A DNA stretch of 64,000 nucleotides from Eledone cirrhosa (lineage: Eukaryota). The stretch is from the NCBI GenBank assembly GCA_964016885.1, contig OZ024741.1, positions 97,650,001 to 97,714,000 of the forward strand, given 5' to 3'. Positions 13,754 to 26,845 of this stretch are shown here, one piece after another; positions within the stretch are counted from its first letter, which is position 1; each line of letters opens with the position of its first letter. The notes beneath the pieces are model-generated. The model ran no database searches. It was not told the DNA's origin and saw nothing but the letters and a program-made list of their open reading frames with translations. The translations under genes and the position numbers were made by a program.

Positions 13754-13937
13754 TTTCAAAGTGAAGGGTGTCATGAATGATACAAAATCAAATATATCAA
13801 ACATGTCTTTTCTCTAAAAACAGGTCAAGTTAGAATTCAGATAATAAAATCGACCCTTAATCATTATAAGAAAGTGAATGAAATATATTCCTACACACGT
13901 GTCCATTAAGATATATCAAAGCTTAAGACTAGAGACA

Positions 13938-13968
<31 letters not shown>

Positions 13969-13969
13969 T

Positions 13970-14083
<114 letters not shown>

Positions 14084-14084
14084 T

Positions 14085-14789
14085 TAATTGGAAATTTAGT
14101 CAAATCGAATCTCTGGTGGTTTGCAAGTAAATTCGGCCTACTTATATGAAATGATGAGTTAGCAAAGTACTCTATAAGTTAGGGCTTTAGAGTTATAACA
14201 TACGTTTAAATAGCTTGACAAATCGAACATTGTGGTAGGCAAATCTAACACACAATACTATACCAAAGTAACAATAAAACTAACAGGTCGAGAACAAAAT
14301 ACACCTGGACAAATCTAACGATTAATCTTTTAAAGTGTTTCTTTGAATCCGAAATCGAATATCAGACTTACGTGACTGGCAAGCTCGTGGTATTCATGAT
14401 CGAACGGACGATTCAGTTTTCCAACATGCTTTTCGTTCTACCCAGAACTGAGGTGATAAGCCAAATATTGCTGCTACATGCGGCGTATCGTATCTATAGC
14501 TGTCACGTGTTAATTCCAGCAAGGGAAATAACCCCCGGTTTTTGGCGGGTCATTCAAAATGTTAGACAAAGGAAATATTTTAATTTCCGCTAATAATCAT
14601 GATTAGCTCTCAACTAGATGTTATAAAACAAACCCAAATAATTAACTAATCAACAGAATTGTCTAATTAAATTAATTAGTTAATTATTAAATCTAGGAGA
14701 ATAATATAATTGGAAATTTAGTAAAATCGAATCTCTGGCCGTTTGCAAGTAAATTCAGCCTTCTTATATGAAATGATGAGTTAGCAAAG

Positions 14790-14793
<4 letters not shown>
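14085..14793 (-). mobile_element. ~622-bp non-coding element plus ~85-bp terminal direct repeat, in (TA)n
   Basis: TAATTGGAAATTTAGT...GAGTTAGCAAAG at 14085 and 14707; homologous copy at 32270-32890; strand inferred from motif orientation. Confidence 0.7.
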
Positions 14794-14846
<53 letters not shown>

Positions 14847-14848
<2 letters not shown>

Positions 14849-15037
14849 AAAAGAATCGTGACTCCGGCCGTTTCGACAGCTAGGTCGAACACTGTTCAGA
14901 CGAGACGTAGCTGTCGAAACGGCCGGAGGTCACCCGTCGAGGTCCTGACTCTTTTCCTATTACCCACTCAACTACCCTAAATATCGATTATTCTGGTGCG
15001 TTATGATTCACCTGATTCCTTACCTACACTTCCTTCG

Positions 15038-15040
<3 letters not shown>
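14847..15040 (+). mobile_element. Palindromic PLE-type mini-element in (TA)n with CAGACGA-core hammerhead-like motif
   Basis: CTCCGGCCGTTTCGACAGCTA / TAGCTGTCGAAACGGCCGGAG arms; CAGACGA-GAC...GTC-GAA-ACGG...CCGT-C at 14897-14938; 3' tail homologous to 34190-34285. Confidence 0.65.
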
Positions 15041-15077
<37 letters not shown>

Positions 15078-15083
<6 letters not shown>

Positions 15084-15505
15084 TAAAATAACAGATTAAA
15101 GTTTAAGCAAAGAATCGCTGCTTTCACCCTTAACGGGATCTTCTGAAACTAACAAAGTCAATCTGTAAACGCAGAACTGGATATTTCAAAAAACGTTGCA
15201 ACCGGAGGAAGACAGGAAGACGATACTTTGGTTCGTGGTAACGTTCGCTGGCAAAGAACGGGAAAAAACGAATAATACGTCATTAATAGGAGCGGTGAAA
15301 AACAATTACGCGCAAAGACAAAACCACGTTTATGGTATAAAAGAGGTCGTATACTAATGTTCTCTTAGGTGGTGCATAGAGACGTTCTCTGGCAATGAAC
15401 GAAAAAACGAAGATAATAAGTCATATGTGGTGCGTGGAGAACAATAGCCCGTAAAGACAAAACCACGTAAATGGTATAGCAGAAATCGTAGACTAAAATT
15501 CTAAC
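15078..15505 (-). mobile_element. PLE 3' UTR/pLTR fragment (same family as 61040-61215) with ~140-bp internal duplication
   Basis: 15080-15245 is the reverse complement of 61045-61213; duplicated GTTC(G/T)CTGGCAA...AAACCACGT...GGTATA blocks. Confidence 0.7.
15100..15150 (-). ncRNA. Type I hammerhead with variant core CAGAAGA
   Basis: AGUUU-CAGAAGA-UCCCGUUAAGGGU-GAA-AGCAGCGAUUCUUUGCU-U-AAACU. Confidence 0.6.
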
Positions 15506-16510
15506 TAGGAGACCAAATGAATCTCCGCTACAGAGTTAAGAACAAAGTAAATAAATACAATACAGAAGTAATAGAAACAAATAAATACATACACGCAAAC
15601 AGATACGTACATACACAAGCATACGCAAAACCTTACCATGGGTATACAAACATATATATATGGAGTGAGTACGTAAGAAACTAGTGGGTGGTTAGATTGA
15701 TAGTAAAATAGACAGGTACTTTTAGAAGTGTAGATGACAGCAGACAAAAGATGTCAGACTATTTGAAACGAAATACGGAAATTTTCTCAATATACTAAAA
15801 ATCTTCCGTTTCATTTGTTATATACCGTGAGTGTGTGCATTAAATGAATGTTTTTTTATTGTTTATTTATTATGTCTTTCTAATTCGCTACTTCTCAATA
15901 TTTGTAACAACACCAACATTTCTCTGACCGAGAAATAATATACGATATAGCAGATGTACGATTTAATAGGATTCACATCAGTGAAGTATATATTCTTGGA
16001 CAATTTTAAACGGTGATCAACATTAAAGAAGCCCTATAAATGTCTTCAAACATGAAAGAGATACATTAATATAGCAATAAATTTAAAATTGAATTGATAA
16101 CCGAAGTGACACTTTAAGAACTTAATTTCTATCTGTCATATATCATGCTTAGTGAAACTTAGTATCAATGCTAATGCAAAATACTTTAAAATATATCTGA
16201 CAATTATAGCGATGCATTATAGAGAGAGTATTTATTGAAGCCATACTATCTCCTGCCTGTATTTCCAAATAATTACAATAACATTGTCATCATTATTATC
16301 GAATATATGGTGATGCTTCGCTTTCGTGAAATTAAGTTTCCCTTTTTTGAAATTCGAAAACTTTGACTAAATGAAAAACAAACGTGGGCTTCCGTAAACG
16401 TTAACCATCCTTGAAATATTAACGTATGAAATCAAGGGCTTATTCACAGTTTAATCTATACATATTTGTGCGCATGTCTTATAAACATTAGAAAATAACA
16501 TTATTGTTTA

Positions 16511-16693
16511 GGATTGGCAGTATCGGTAGAGGGTCGGACGCCATGCTTTCCAGCATAGTTACGTCCCTTTACGATCTGAGTTAAAATCCCGCCGAGGTTG
16601 ACTTTGCCTTTCGTCCTTACGGGGTCGATAAAATAAAGTACCAGTAATGCACTGGGTAATTCCTGGCCTGGTGCCTAAAGTAGAAACAATTAT
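16511..16693 (+). mobile_element. tRNA-derived Nin/Deu-domain SINE, near full length
   Basis: A-box-like TGGCAGTATCGGTAGA, B-box-like GAGTTAAAATCCC, core GACTTTGCCTTTCGTCCTTACGGGGTCGATAAAATAAAGTACC. Confidence 0.85.
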
Positions 16694-16978
16694 TGTTTAT
16701 TTTGTTCTAAGCGAGATAAACTATACACCATGTTCAAAAACGACTTCCTAGATGTTGGCGGTCATCGGTGCGGATTATTCGCTCGGTGGTGAGATGAATA
16801 TGGCACATATGATGAATACAAACCAGCAACAAATGTCTGGCGTTTCCATTCGCCTACTAAGCGAGCAGTGAAATGATTGCACTTAAAACATTCATGAATA
16901 GTGTGTGCATATTGTATTTAAAATAAGTCTATAAGACTTTATGCCTTCCTTTACACATTTTACATAAACAACGAACCA

Positions 16979-17106
<128 letters not shown>

Positions 17107-17319
17107 ATATACTTTTTGCTGGAAGAAATTGTTTAAGATTCCGAACCTGCTCACTCTGCACTATCATCTTATATCTTCTCATATTTCTCATTATATTTTC
17201 CAATGAAGGACTAGCATCAGAAACATTTCCTACTGTAGTAAGCGTGAAACTATTTCATATCTCCATTGTACTTCATCTTTTGTTGTTTCTTCACACACAC
17301 ACACACACACACATATATA

Positions 17320-17882
17320 TTGAAAAATTGGTTGAATTTTACTTGTTCTGCTTATCTTGATATTAAGTTCTGGTATATCAAATTATTACCATAGAACCAC
17401 CTTAAATCATAGACACACTATATATTTCCGGGGGTACATTGTACCCTCAGATATATATTAACCTTATTCAACAATCTCCAGTATGTAGAGATAAATCTTT
17501 GTCGTTCTATTTAGTTGCTAAAAATCTTTTTTAGTGGCGATCATAGACGGCTAGTCTACGATTTCCCGCCTTCACTATACACCAATGTATTTACGGGTCC
17601 CTTTCACGACCTTTCAGACCTGTATTAGTTGGAGTGAGGTCATATATTTTGTCGTTCCTGGGGTTTTTAACCCTAGGACAGGAAAATGCTTCTCTGATGA
17701 TCGTTGCTTTTCCATTAATATCCTCGTGATATTTAATGTTTTGCACCGTGAAACTGTACAGTTAGGGCCATTTGAATAGGTAAATATTTATATTATATTT
17801 TTTAATTTTGATTAATTTTAATTGTATATTAATTTTGATTTATTTTGAAAAATTGGTTGAATTTTACTTGTTCTGCTTATCT

Positions 17883-17888
<6 letters not shown>
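17320..17888 (+). mobile_element. 525-bp non-coding monomer plus ~44-bp terminal direct repeat, containing a hammerhead (retrozyme/pLTR-like)
   Basis: TTGAAAAATTGGTTGAATTTTACTTGTTCTGCTTATCTTGATAT at 17320 and 17845; ends in (TA)n. Confidence 0.7.
17690..17767 (+). ncRNA. Type I hammerhead ribozyme with long stem II
   Basis: UUCU-CUGAUGA-[stem II incl. CAUUAAUAUC/GAUAUUUAAUG]-GAAA-CUGUACAG-UU-AGGG. Confidence 0.65.
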
Positions 17889-17925
<37 letters not shown>

Positions 17926-17929
<4 letters not shown>

Positions 17930-18251
17930 GGTGACCCTTCTTTTTTCAACCTTCTAAAAGTGTATCACCCCCCCCCCCCCATATTGTTCCAATTAACAAA
18001 AAAAATAAACAATCTATGCAAAACTGTAGGTCAAGGAGACAACTGCAAGGTGAACCTCATCCACCGTGATATTTTGAAGTCTTCGTCCGGAAAGTCATTT
18101 TTCAGATAACATTTTTTTCATCTCTTATATAATTTTCTCTTAAATTAAAAGCTGGGGTCAGAGCGCAGGAATAGGCAAGCACCCATTTTTCGCTGTGGTA
18201 GCAGCAAATTTTAACTTTCGGAAAATGTCCTATTGCTAAGGGCCACCCTAA
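17926..18251. mobile_element. MITE-like non-autonomous DNA transposon
   Basis: 14-bp TIRs TTAGGGTGACCCTT / AAGGGCCACCCTAA (1 mismatch); related fragment at ~21378-21420. Confidence 0.65.
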
Positions 18252-18309
18252 AATACATATATCCGTATGTGGTTGACAGTTGAGAGAAATGAGTACTCGA
18301 TATTGAGTA

Positions 18310-18395
<86 letters not shown>

Positions 18396-18434
18396 CAGGA
18401 GGCTGGACTGGTGTGAATCCTTGAAAGGTTTATT

Positions 18435-18492
18435 ATACTATGATCATTTCAATGATCGGGCTCCATATGAATCCGGTGATATCATCAGGTAT
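18435..18492 (-). ncRNA. Type I hammerhead ribozyme
   Basis: AUAC-CUGAUGA-[imperfect stem II]-GAAA-UGAUCA-UA-GUAU; stem I AUAC/GUAU, palindromic stem III. Confidence 0.7.
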
Positions 18493-19167
18493 TTGAAATA
18501 TATCAAAGAATATGTAAAACCCATAGGTCCGAAAAATCAGAGACAGAGAGGACGACTGACCAACTTGCTGTCTTCACCTCGACCAGTCGCCCTCAAAGTG
18601 ATGGCAACTCGATCTGCGAATGACCATCTGGTGAGGGGGCGAAGGCTTATAATTTACTACCACTCTCCGTCAAAGAATAAAAAATAAAAAAAGGGGAAGA
18701 AAGAAAGAAAGAAAGAGAGAAGAAAAAAGAAAAAAAAACAAGAAAGAAGTCAGCGTAAGGGTCACACTACAGTCAAGCTAGAAAACGCCGATTCTAAAGA
18801 ATCTATATTTTAACAAAGGCATATATAATGGGTGTCTGTATGGTCTAATGTGTGAACAGAAATTTGGAACGTTAAACTTATTTTACGAGTTATAGGATGA
18901 AATTGAATTAAAAAATAATAAATTGAATATTGGAAAATTAATAAAAAAAATATTTAATGAATTTACATAGAGAGTGTTATATGAAAAAGTTAATCTCGAT
19001 AAGATATCAGGGTGAGATAAAGATTAAAGCCTTCGAATGTGAGTCCCAGCCAGCACCTCGTAACCACGTGTCAGCCAGTTTAGAGTGGTATCGCGCAGCC
19101 GGGAAGAGCCACCACATCAATCGAAGGTAGCAAAACTCAATAAAGAGTGCAAATAGACTATAATTAT

Positions 19168-19280
19168 TTTCAAATCCCGTCGAGGTTGACTTTGCCTTTC
19201 ATCCTTACGGGGTCGATAAAATAAAGTACCAGTAATGCACTGGTTAATTGCTGGCCTTGTGCCTAAAGTAGAAACAATTA
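19168..19280 (+). mobile_element. 5'-truncated Nin/Deu SINE with TSD
   Basis: Flanked by AATTATTTTCAA duplication; empty site in paralogous unit at ~20620. Confidence 0.85.
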
Positions 19281-19579
19281 TTTTCAAGTCCCAGTTAGTC
19301 CGGGTTATAAGTAGTGTGGTTCTTTGGTGGGTAGGGGGCTATGAAAGGTGCATAATGACCTGAGTAAGGAAAGTTACAAATAAAAGTAGGATACAATGAT
19401 AAAATACAAAGATAAAGAATACATTGATAACAGTAAGAATAAAACGTCTTCATAGCTAGGGTAGTGATGTAGTAAGACGGAAGTATATAAGAACATATCG
19501 GCAGAATTACTCTCCGTCAAGGAATGAAAAATAATAAATAATAAAAAATAAAAAAGGGAAATAAATAAATAAATAAATA

Positions 19580-19635
<56 letters not shown>

Positions 19636-19726
19636 AAAGCAGCGTAAGGGTCACACTACAGTCAAGCTAGAAAACGCCGCGAAAAACGTTATTCTAAAGA
19701 ATCTATATTTTAACAAAGGCATATAT

Positions 19727-19915
19727 AATTGTTTCTACTTCAGGCACAAGGCCAGCAATTAACCAGTGCATTACTGGTACTTTATTTTATCGACCCCATA
19801 AGGATGAAAGGCAAAGTCAACCTCGGCGGGATTTGAACTCAGATCGTAAAGGGACGTAACTATGCTGGAAAGCATGGCGTCCGACCCTCTACCGATACTG
19901 CCAATCCACCGCCCT
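19727..19915 (-). mobile_element. Full-length Nin/Deu SINE with 16-bp TSD
   Basis: TSD CAAAGGCATATATAAT; empty site in paralogous unit at ~18815. Confidence 0.9.
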
Positions 19916-20693
19916 CAAAGGCATATATAATGGATGTCTGTATGGTCTAATGTGTGAACAGAAATTTGGAACGTTAAACTTATGTTACGGGGTATAGGAT
20001 GAAATTAAATTAAAAAATAATAAATTGAAAATTGGAAAATAAATAAAAACATTATTTAATGAACTTACAGAGAGAGTCTTATATGAAAAAGTTAATCTCG
20101 ATAAGATATCAGGGTGAGATAAAGATTAAAGACTTCGAATGTGAGGCCCAGCCAGCACCTCCTAACCACGTGTCAGCCAGTTGTGAGTGCTATCGTCCAG
20201 CGAAAGAAATGGAAATTAATTTTTCAGAGTACTCTAGGAACGTAGCTACACTAGGCCCCGGGTGTGCTAGCGGGAAGTCTACAATTTCGACAGGCCATCG
20301 TCAATACCAAACGAATACTATTAATTCACACATGAGGGGTTTATTTACCTGCCAGTAGAGGCATGATACAGCTAACAGTTATGCCTAAGCCTAGAGTTTA
20401 TAGGTATAAGTATAATATGGCTGTCAAAACAGGCGGCGCGGGGGGCCCGGGGCCAAGCACCCGCTCCGTGTAATTTCGTTTACCGAAAGAGGGGAAAATT
20501 TATTTTTTCCAAGCACTCAAGGAAGGCAGAACTTTCCGCGCGCCCATCGCGCAGCCGGGAAAATCCACCACATCAGTCGAAGGTAGCAAAACTCAATAAA
20601 GAGTGCAAATAGACTATACTTATTTTAAAGTCCCAGTTAGTACGGGTTATAAGTAGTGTGGTTCTTTGGTGGGTAGGGGGCTATGAAAGGTGC

Positions 20694-20765
<72 letters not shown>

Positions 20766-20766
20766 G

Positions 20767-20876
<110 letters not shown>

Positions 20877-21881
20877 GTATATATATACATATGTATATAT
20901 TTACTCTCCTTGTTCCCCTTTCCTAATTTTATTTGTATATAAACAAGTACATAGATACAAGGAGAAAGAGCGAGCAAGGAGACTAGGGGGAAAAAGAGAG
21001 CAAGTAGATCAATGAGAAAATGAGAGCAACGAGAGCAATAAGAAAAGGAGAGCAAGGAGAGCATGGGCACCAATGAGAAAAGCAGGGCTAGAGCAATGAG
21101 AAAATGAAAACAAGGAGAGCAAGAGATTTAACTCAAATATTGCTCAAGTTACGCTGCAAGCAGACAAAGGTGAAGAAGCGGAAGAAGACGGTGTTACCTG
21201 GCTGAGTCCATATACATTTCTGTAAGAAGAAAAAAGAAAATGGTCGAGATAGGGAATAGTATACCGCTTTTGAACAGAATTAATCGTTGTGTATACTATG
21301 TTCCAACTTCCAGGTGTTTGAGGGTCCCCTAACTTTTTGCATACCCTGTGCTTTCGTTGATTAAAACAGGATTAGGCCGTAGGAGCAGCAAAACTTTAAC
21401 TTTCGGAAAATGACCTAATTTATATGTATGTGTGTGTGTCTGTATTTGTGTCAGTGTATGTGTGTGTGTGTTTGTGAGTGTTCGTGTGTGCATATGTTTG
21501 CAGGTGGGTCAATGTACATCCAATAAAGTATTTTTTGCTTTTTTCTTTGTTTGTGCTTTGTGGAGTGATAGACTCCTAGTGTTCCTTATGACATTTCTGT
21601 AGTAGAATGTTAATCGGATGTAAAACCTGCAGCATCGTTTGTATGCAATGATGTAGACCAATTCTACTTTTTAGGTAAATGCATTCGATGTACACTCACT
21701 GGCATTGGCCCCGTGCAAAGCCTTTTCTCAGTTATCGCTTGTTAAGTGGCATATTTTTTCGATGCATGGCATTGCTGGTCATAGGTAAGCACCTAGCTGA
21801 CTCAAAAGCCACGTCTGCGAGGTTCATGCTTAAGTATTAAGCGATGGCAATACGCGAAATTGAGTTGCAACATTCATATTC

Positions 21882-21950
<69 letters not shown>

Positions 21951-23620
21951 TTGTGTGTGTGTGTGTGTGTGTCTGTATGTGGGTTTGCAGGCATATACAT
22001 ATATACACAGGAACAAAACACTTATAGGGATAATTTGCTTTATCGTTACACGTTCCTTCATATACTTTATATTATGTAAATCTTTTGAAACATATTTACG
22101 TGTAAACATTATAGTATTCCTTGAGGCTGTAACTTAAAAAGCGTAACCGAGAGAACATTTGTTTAATACTTTCTATAAGTGTTTGACAACAATCTTTTGA
22201 TAAATAACATACAATTATCATAAAATTTACTTTTCGTAATCTCAAACGGATTTTCCTATGTGTATGCTAAAGCAAGGGACGTGACTATATTTAGTTGCAT
22301 TTGGTCTACTTATTGCAACAATATTTTATAGTATCATACTTACCAGGTGTATTTCATCATGAAGCAACTGTCCAAGATATCCATTTACGTTGTGCTACGA
22401 TTAAATTAACAAACCTTTGCATCTAGATTATAATTGCATTGGTTCTTCTATTCTGCTTACATGTTACATACGTTTGTGTTGCCTAGTTTAAAAAGTACGA
22501 TGTATAACGGACGGAAATATTTAAATAATTCAATTATCTAGTAACTAAGTATTATTTTCAAAGAATTATATTAGTGTTTACAAACATCATACATTTATAT
22601 ATAAAGATTAGCTTTGTGAAGAGATTGGTGATAGTTGGAGAAAATCACCATTTTTATCTATATATTTCGTTGGTGAAGGCAAATGTATAACGTATAAACA
22701 GCATTTTATGATATGCTTCAAGGACTATTTATTTTGTATTTTGCAGAAGTTTATAATGTACTATATTTTCGTTAAGTGTTTTTATTTATTTATTTATAAT
22801 AAATTAGTCAGATGAGGTTGGGCCGTGCTTCTGAACTTTGTGAGTATTTCCAGCCTAGTTAGATAAGATAATTTGGAGTTTGGAAAGCATTTAGCGACCA
22901 TGATATACCGCCAGATGTCTACATGCAGAATTTAAGAAAATAGACTATAGGGGTGGAGGAAGGTTACATTTAACAAAGTATTTTTCCCGAGCATTAAGAT
23001 AAGGCCAATAATATTAATGGAACGACTAAACTCGACCCCCAGTTCCTTGCTGATATATTTTGTTGACCACGGATGGGTGAAATACTAAGATAATAATGCA
23101 CAGTATCTAAGTAGTGAAACACACTTTGACCGAATTCTAACGATTGTGCCAACCCACAGTCCAACATTTTAACAAAATATTAAATAAGGAATGTATTATA
23201 TGATGATATCCTTTTAGTTGGTGTTTGTTAACAATCCTCAGAGGTGAAACGTCGTTGATCATATGCGTTCTTGATAGAGTTTGGAAAATGGCTTAAAGCA
23301 TAAGAAAAAGCTAAAAACAATATAATAACAATGACAAAAAATGACATATTCTATGCGTAAAACAATATGGTACAAAGAAATGTCACCTATCTATTATTAG
23401 GAGATTTACATTAACGTGAAATAAACCCAATGTCATTCATTTAACATTATCCTCGATAACACATACAGAAACTACATCTCCAAAACGTTTTAAGCCAATA
23501 CAAATTTGCCAATATATTTCAAGAATAATAAGATTTACATACAAACATCATACATAGATAGGTACATACATGCATATACATACATACATACATACATACA
23601 TACATACATACATACATACA

Positions 23621-23653
<33 letters not shown>

Positions 23654-24925
23654 GGTGGCTGCCAACTCGTTTTCGAGTACGGCCACTACTTTATATCCAA
23701 GAAGGAGAACCCTACAGTGCGCTGAACGAGTGTGACTTTTTAGTCCAGCCAGCGTATTGAAAACTCTGGTACAAACACTACACTTGTGATAATTATTGAC
23801 ACGTAGTGCTGGGCCCATGGTACCATGTGACGACAAGTGCAGAGAGATCTCCAGATATAAAGCAATGCTTGTGCCGTGAAGCTTTTATAGTGAGCAAAGG
23901 CACTGCACAAAGCCAGTCCCACTCTCTTAACCAATATGATATTTACCAAAAAGAAGAGCAAGTAAACATCATTGGATACCATCAGGGTTGCAGGTGTTAT
24001 ATCAGAGTTTTCCTTCTCCTACATACATACATGGTGGCTGCCAACTCGTTTTCGAGTACGGCCACTACTTTATATCCATGTAGGAGAACCCCTACTGATG
24101 CGCTAAACAAGTGTGACTTTTTAGTCCAGCCAGCGACTTGAGAACTCCGGTACAAACACTACACCTGTGACAATTATTGACACATAGTGCTGGGCCCATT
24201 GCACCATGTGACGACAAGTGCAGAGAGATCTCCAGATATAAAGCAATGCCTGTGCCGTGAAGCTTTTATAGTGAGCAAAAGCACTGTACGAAGCCACTCC
24301 CATCTCTTAACCAAGATGATATTTACCAAAAAGAAGAACAATTCAACATCATTGGATACCATTGGGGTTGCAGGTGTTATATCAGAGTTTTCCTTCTCCT
24401 AGAATTCTGCCTTGACAAAGGCTAAGGGGTCATCTCTCCCGGATATATATATACATACATACATGGTGGCTGCCAACTCGTTTTCGAGTATGGCCACTAC
24501 TTTATATCCATGTAGAGAACTCCTACCGATGCACTGAACGAATGTGACTTTAGTCCAGCCAGCGACTTGAAAACTCTGGTACAGACACTACACTTGTGAC
24601 AATTATTGACACATAGTGCTGGGCCGATGGTACCATGTGACGACAAGTGCAGAGAGATCTCCAGATATAAAGCAATGCCTGTGCCGTGAAGCTTTTATAG
24701 TGAGCAAAGGCATGCACAAAGCCAGTCCCACTCTCTTAACCAAGATGATATTTACCAAAAAGAAGAACAAGTCAACATCATTGGATACCATCAGGGTTGC
24801 AGTTGTTATATCAGAGTTTTCCTTCTCCTAGAATTCTGCCTTGACAAAGGCTAAGGGGTCATCTCTCCCGGTGATTTTGGATGGACATTGACTCTTAAGA
24901 GCTCTTTTGCCTTTTGACAGGTTTT
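23654..24925 (-). mobile_element. Three tandem 5'-truncated copies of the (ATGT)n-tailed retroposon
   Basis: Copies ~23654-24020, 24033-24442, 24465-24925, each preceded on + strand by (ACAT)n. Confidence 0.85.
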
Positions 24926-25341
24926 ATATATGACATACATATATACGTACATACATACGTACATACATACGTACATACATACATACATATACACAGTATT
25001 GTAGCTGTATCGAACACGTATTGATATATGCATAATAAATATGACTAGCCAGCAAGAATTTAAAAAAGTTCCTGGCAATTCAATGTAACACAATAGATAG
25101 AAGATGCTTAAAAAACATAATGTCCGTTAGATTCCTATTATTAATTTATAGATAACAATAGTTGTATGGCTTATAGAAGAAAAGTAATTGTTGACCGAAT
25201 ATATAATTTATAATAGGAATCCCAATAAAAAGAAGTAGGGAGGTTGGGTTAGTCTCAATTATGACAATATATATCCGTTGTATAAATTTGTATAACAAAG
25301 GTATATTTATACATAAACAAACTTTTATCATCTATTTTGAT

Positions 25342-25407
<66 letters not shown>

Positions 25408-25640
25408 TGTATGTATGTATGTATGTATGTATCTATGTATGAATATATATAGCACTTTATATATATATCGAGAGAAAAGGAGAGTAAGAGATGGTCAAGA
25501 AGTAGAGAGACAGGAAGCAGAGATACTCGATAGATAGCCAATAATAGATAAAAAGCAGATGATGTGGAAATAACTAATGATCGGAAGTTTGTTCAAAACA
25601 TTATTCTACAATCTCTATACACACAAACACGTATACAGCC

Positions 25641-25696
<56 letters not shown>

Positions 25697-25966
25697 TGGA
25701 TAGATTTATCAATGTATCTATGTATGTAACTTAGTAATATTAAAGAAGTTAATTTTAGAGAAAATTTACATTATTAAGTAATTTTTTAGAATATCACCAT
25801 TAGTAGATAATTGCTCTTTAATATCTTCTTAATTACAATATCCCAAACACAGAGACGATTATATATATATATATATAAATATGTGTGTTTGTGTAAATGT
25901 ATGTATATGTGTATGTGTGTATATATGCGTATTTGTGAGTCGAAGCGTGTGGATTGTATAAATATA

Positions 25967-26079
<113 letters not shown>

Positions 26080-26656
26080 GTGACTCTGCAAATTTTACCA
26101 TGTATCTGTGGGAGGGTGCCTGCTTTGGCGGGTTGGCCAATGTGTCTGTTTAAGTCTTAATTGCTTTAGATTGTACTCAAGCACAAACTAATTGCTAATA
26201 ATCGTTTTTAAACGTTAAGCGTTTGTGAAAATAACCCCAATATATACTTTTGAAGTAAGATTCATATGCATATATAAACATTTTTATGTGCAAGTATATT
26301 AGTGGCTATATATCAGTCTGTGTATATATCTTTCTCTGAAACTATCAATTGCTTGCCTCCTACTTATTTATACACACGCAGATATATATAATGTAAAGAT
26401 TTTATAATCCTAGTGAAATATATTTTACTTCAAGTGTTAGTTATCGCTCTCTTCATATAAAATAAATGAAAACTGCGCTGTAACGGTGATGGATTTGGGT
26501 ATTTGATATTGCGCCGAATTCATTTTAAAATGGATGAAGTCTGTATTCTTGCTCCTTGGAATTACTTACAGGATTGTAGATCTTATTCTAACATCCCTCT
26601 TGATCATGAAATCTGAAGCAATTCAAGAAACATTTACATTTTATTACATTCGCTAT

Positions 26657-26845
26657 AATTGTTTCTACTTTGGCACAAGGCCAACAATTACCTAGTGCAT
26701 TACTGGTACTTTATTTTATCGACCCCGTAAGGATGAAAGGCAAAGTTAACCTCAGCGGGATTTGAACTAAGAATGCAAAGGCCGTAACTCTATTCGTCAA
26801 AGCATGGCGTCCGACCCTCTACCGATACTGCCAATCCACTTCCCT
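26657..26845 (-). mobile_element. Nin/Deu SINE with TSD
   Basis: TSD TTACATTCGCTATAATT. Confidence 0.9.

Larger units (their letters stand above)
18387..20697 (-). mobile_element. Composite (TA)n-flanked non-coding element with partial tandem duplication and 3' hammerhead
   Basis: 18663-19337 repeated at 19509-20697; HHR near the (TA)n-abutting end; two nested SINEs. Confidence 0.6.

Noticed and set aside
16511-16595. tRNA gene
   Set aside because: A/B boxes belong to SINE heads; no full cloverleaf.
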